Source: Babesia bigemina
Taxonomy: Eukaryota
NCBI RefSeq assembly: GCF_000981445.1
Contig: NC_027218.1
Coordinates: 2,418,001 to 2,482,000 of the forward strand
Direction of reading: 5' to 3'
Length of the DNA: 64,000 nt
Under the pieces are notes generated by a model. That model ran no database searches. It had not been told where the DNA came from and saw only the letters and a list, made by a program, of their open reading frames with translations. The position numbers were made by a program, and so were the translations under genes. Shown here piece after piece: positions 60,771 through 64,000 of this stretch. Position 1 is the first letter of the stretch, and each line of letters starts with the position of its first letter.

Positions 60771-62418
60771 ATGGGCGCGGAGCGCGCCGTTGCGGCGTAC
60801 GACGATAGCTTGTCGAAGCGGTTCCGGCTTATCGGCGTGCCATACGCAAACCAGTACTTCACGCTCAGCGCGGAGAAGCTGGAGAAGCTCCGGCCGTGCT
60901 TGGTGCCGCTTATCAAACAACACTGGGCGGAGGTGTCGTTGGAATCCAACGACACGGAGCACTGCACACCCGGGCGGTATCACTACGTGAACGCCATCAA
61001 GGACGCTAAGGTTGGGGATAGGGCAAGCTGTATATCCGTTTGTAGGCGCAATGTGTCATCATAGGAGCCATATACAAGGACATGAAGCTGCGGCCGTCGC
61101 CGCTCGAGGAGTACTCGGAGCAGGTGAAGCTGTCGGTAAGCAGTGAAAGTGTTGCAAAGCACCCCCGCTCAGCAGGAGCAAGTTGCGAAGTACACATCGG
61201 ATGATGATCGGCTGTTCATTGAGGACCAGAGCATCCGCATGGCCCTGCACGGGCCGCTGCTGGATCCCCAAAAGCTGGTCACGGGGCTGGTGGGTTTGAG
61301 ACATGCATGATGCTGTGGAATCGCAATTGTGCGGTTGTGTATAACAGGTATCACTGTTTTTCGTTTTGCAATGATGTGGAATTGCACAATATAATGTTAT
61401 GTTGGGTCGTGATTACGTTCCATTGCTCATTCGTGGGCGGTTGTTAACGGGGATGCAGGTGATGGCGATGAAGGGCGCCATCAATGACCAGGGTGAATTT
61501 GAGTGCGAGGACTACCTCATGCCAGGGCCTCCCACGTCGGTACCGCTGCCGCCAACGACGGAGGAGAAGTACGTGGCTCTGGTTTCGGGACTGAACATCG
61601 CCGGGCCGCGCTCGGGCCACGACTCGCTGCTGATGCTGCGCGACTTTGTCGCCGGCAATACTCCGTAGGTTCATCGGTTACAGACGTCATAAAGTGATTC
61701 AGCATGGGTGACCTGAGCAGCAAAATAGTCCGGCTGGTCATAGCCGGCAATGGCATCGGCCAATGCGACGTGGCGTCGTTGGCCCAGTGTGATGTTTACT
61801 TTGCACAGCTAGCTGCGGCACTGCCGGTCGACCTCATGCCAGGTGGGTGATTGTGGTGCTTATGTGTTCATAAGCTACGACTGCTTCGGATGGGCTCATT
61901 CTTAATAGGCGACGCCGACCCATCTAATCGCAACCTTCCCCAGCAGCCGATCCACCCGTGCTTTTTGGAACACAGCAGGCGGTACGGCACGTTTCAGTCG
62001 ACCACGAACCCCTATTTCTTCACTGTGGACGGTGTAAGGTTCCTGGGGACGTCAGGTCAGGCCGTGAAGGGCATCTGCGACTACAGCACCTTGTCTGAAC
62101 TCGGTGAGTGGCTGGTTCGTAAACCGCTAAACTGTGATTTCAGAGGCGCTGCAACTCACAGCGTCGGCACGATTCATCGCTCCGACTGCTCCGGACACGC
62201 TAGCATGCCACCCGGAGGCTCGCGTGTTCACACTTGAGGACGACTCAGAGTTCCCGCATGTCATTTTCAGCGGCAACTCGCAGGAGTTCGCCAGCGCGGA
62301 AACTGGAGCTGCTGGGTGCTCGCCGAGGGTTATTTGCGTGCCTGCGTTCACGAAGCAGCCTTCCGTTGTCTTGGTGTCGCTGGCCACCCTGCAGCCGCGT
62401 CTGATCAGGCTTGCCTAG
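60771..62418 (+). CDS. POLD2: DNA polymerase delta small subunit; multi-exon
   Basis: [70 protein letters not shown]. Confidence 0.92.
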
Positions 62419-62699
62419 GCTGGAGAACCTAGGTTGCTGCCCCTAAACATTGTACACATTTTGGAAAAACGTATTGTCAGAGCTGTATTATGGGAGTACG
62501 TTGCGCGCTTTATACCAAGGGTGCACTGCTCAGCATCGTCCGGGATGACGGCGGAGGCCGCGAGGCGAACGGCCAATAACTATGCGACCTACACATCCGG
62601 GTCTAACTACGCCCAAATACCAACAAAGGCGTTTATTGCTGTTTTGTTGTATTTAGAATGGATCATGTGATTGGTCCAGCACGGTTGCGGCCGCGTGTC

Positions 62700-64000
62700 T
62701 TCATGTAAAGTCAGACGGGTCTATCACACGCCCATAGACTCTCCACGAGAGTCGACTCCAGCGGTGTAAAACAATGTTGAATTGCGGTGTCGAGGAGGGG
62801 GCGCGGAGCCCCGTTTTCGGTGGGAGAGATGGCACGTCGACGGAGCTGCCGTTGCCCGGCCTCCCCGTATGTCGCACTATCGCAGAAGCGCCCGGACCAT
62901 CAGCTGCGGAGGGTGCTGAAAGTATACAGGTAGGTGGATTTAACTTGATGTGTATGGTTGTTGCGTGTCCACAGTGAGAGCAGTGCCTTTTCCACGGCCT
63001 TCTGTTGCAGTGCCCCCCTCATGGCGATTGATGTGTACAATTCGTGTATGTCTCCAACGATGAGTGAATCCTTTGTTGTGTAACTCATGTTGGTATGTAC
63101 CTGAAGGGTGGATGATACATGTGCGTATTGCGGAATCACATGTTTGACCTTTTAATTGCATGTCATTGTCTCGCAGCTGCCTGAGGGCGCTTTAATGGGA
63201 ATCATTTTCAACTTGGAGCAAGAACGCGAAACATATCTGGAGGCGGTTGCCGTGTTGCATAGACAGCTATTGGAGGCACAGGAGCACTGCCAGCAGCTCT
63301 CCGACTCTCACGAGCAGATAAGACGCAACCTCGAGGCTGAGGTGAGCGAGGGTTGGAAGGAGGCTGAGATTTGGGAGGCAAGGTATCGTTCAGTAGCGCA
63401 GGTCGCCAAACGTAACGGTGTGGATCTGGCTGATGTACAGCAGCCTGGGGACGCCAAATTGTGCGCATCTCGGGAAGTGAAGCCCACGAACCGCGCGATA
63501 TCGTTGAACTCTGAAGCGTGCACGGTGGTTACGATTAAGGACCTGCATCAAGCATCTACCCAAAATATCACTGCAGAGAGAGCTCTTGGAGCGCGGGTGC
63601 GTCCTGTGGAACGCTTGGTGTCCCCGCACGGTATACATGGGCGTGCAAATACTGGCGTTGTAGTCAGGGCAACTCGTGGTTTAGAGTCGAGTCACAGCAT
63701 ACTTGCGGAAGAAACTCATGGCGGGGTGAAAGATTCCATTACAACCTGGGAAGCTACGTCCTCCTCCATTTCCACCCGCGATGTTGGTAAGAAAGGGGCG
63801 CATGCGTCGTCATGCACGGTGACTCTGCCGAAAAGTCGAGTGCTTGGCCACCGGAAGGAATTTAGCATATTCCGTAATTCTGGGGGTGATGTTACGACCG
63901 AACGTTGCAAGCCGAGTCGACGTAACTTTTCGTCGAATAACAGCAAGCGTTGCTGCGGCCCTAGTCCTGGTGGCGTACCGCGCTGTGGTGGTGAGGACGT
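62700..64000 (-). CDS. Probable 3' exons of an unidentified gene entering from the right edge
   Basis: Short coding-like minus-strand segments separated by intron-like sequence. No family was recognised. Confidence 0.3.

Noticed and set aside
62440..62448. CCCCTAAAC telomere-like motif (also AACCTAAAACTAACCTAA near 4380)
   Set aside because: Too short or imperfect for a 1.5-repeat template, with no boundary hairpin or enclosing structure.

Overview
Eukaryotic, intron-containing DNA from a piroplasm apicomplexan (Babesia; the family motifs look most like B. bigemina/ovata). About 1-12.9 kb is a visibly lower-GC accessory region. It holds the 5' part of a large ves-related (VESA-like) antigen gene running off the left edge, four Cys-rich tail-anchored small proteins and orphan transmembrane-tail cassettes. 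About 13-64 kb is a compact, GC-rich core region. Its genes are CDT1-like, TBL1-like LisH/WD40, an apparent CTF8-DCC1 fusion, TFIIA-gamma-like, Obg GTPase, CBP3, a 6-Cys protein, a multipass membrane protein, PAN2, MON1, ATM1, FES1, U6 snRNA, a protein kinase, CAF40, beta-tubulin, an FHA protein, TOP2, a RAP protein, a VTI1-like SNARE and POLD2. The standout is a highly structured ~480-nt intergenic element at ~39455-39937 (+). It has a 1.5-repeat telomeric template (AACCCUAAACC), a ciliate-like template-boundary hairpin, a core-closing helix, a possible pseudoknot, a 3' multibranch domain and a T6 tract, making it a strong candidate for the Babesia telomerase RNA. All calls were made by eye, and exon boundaries are approximate unless stated.
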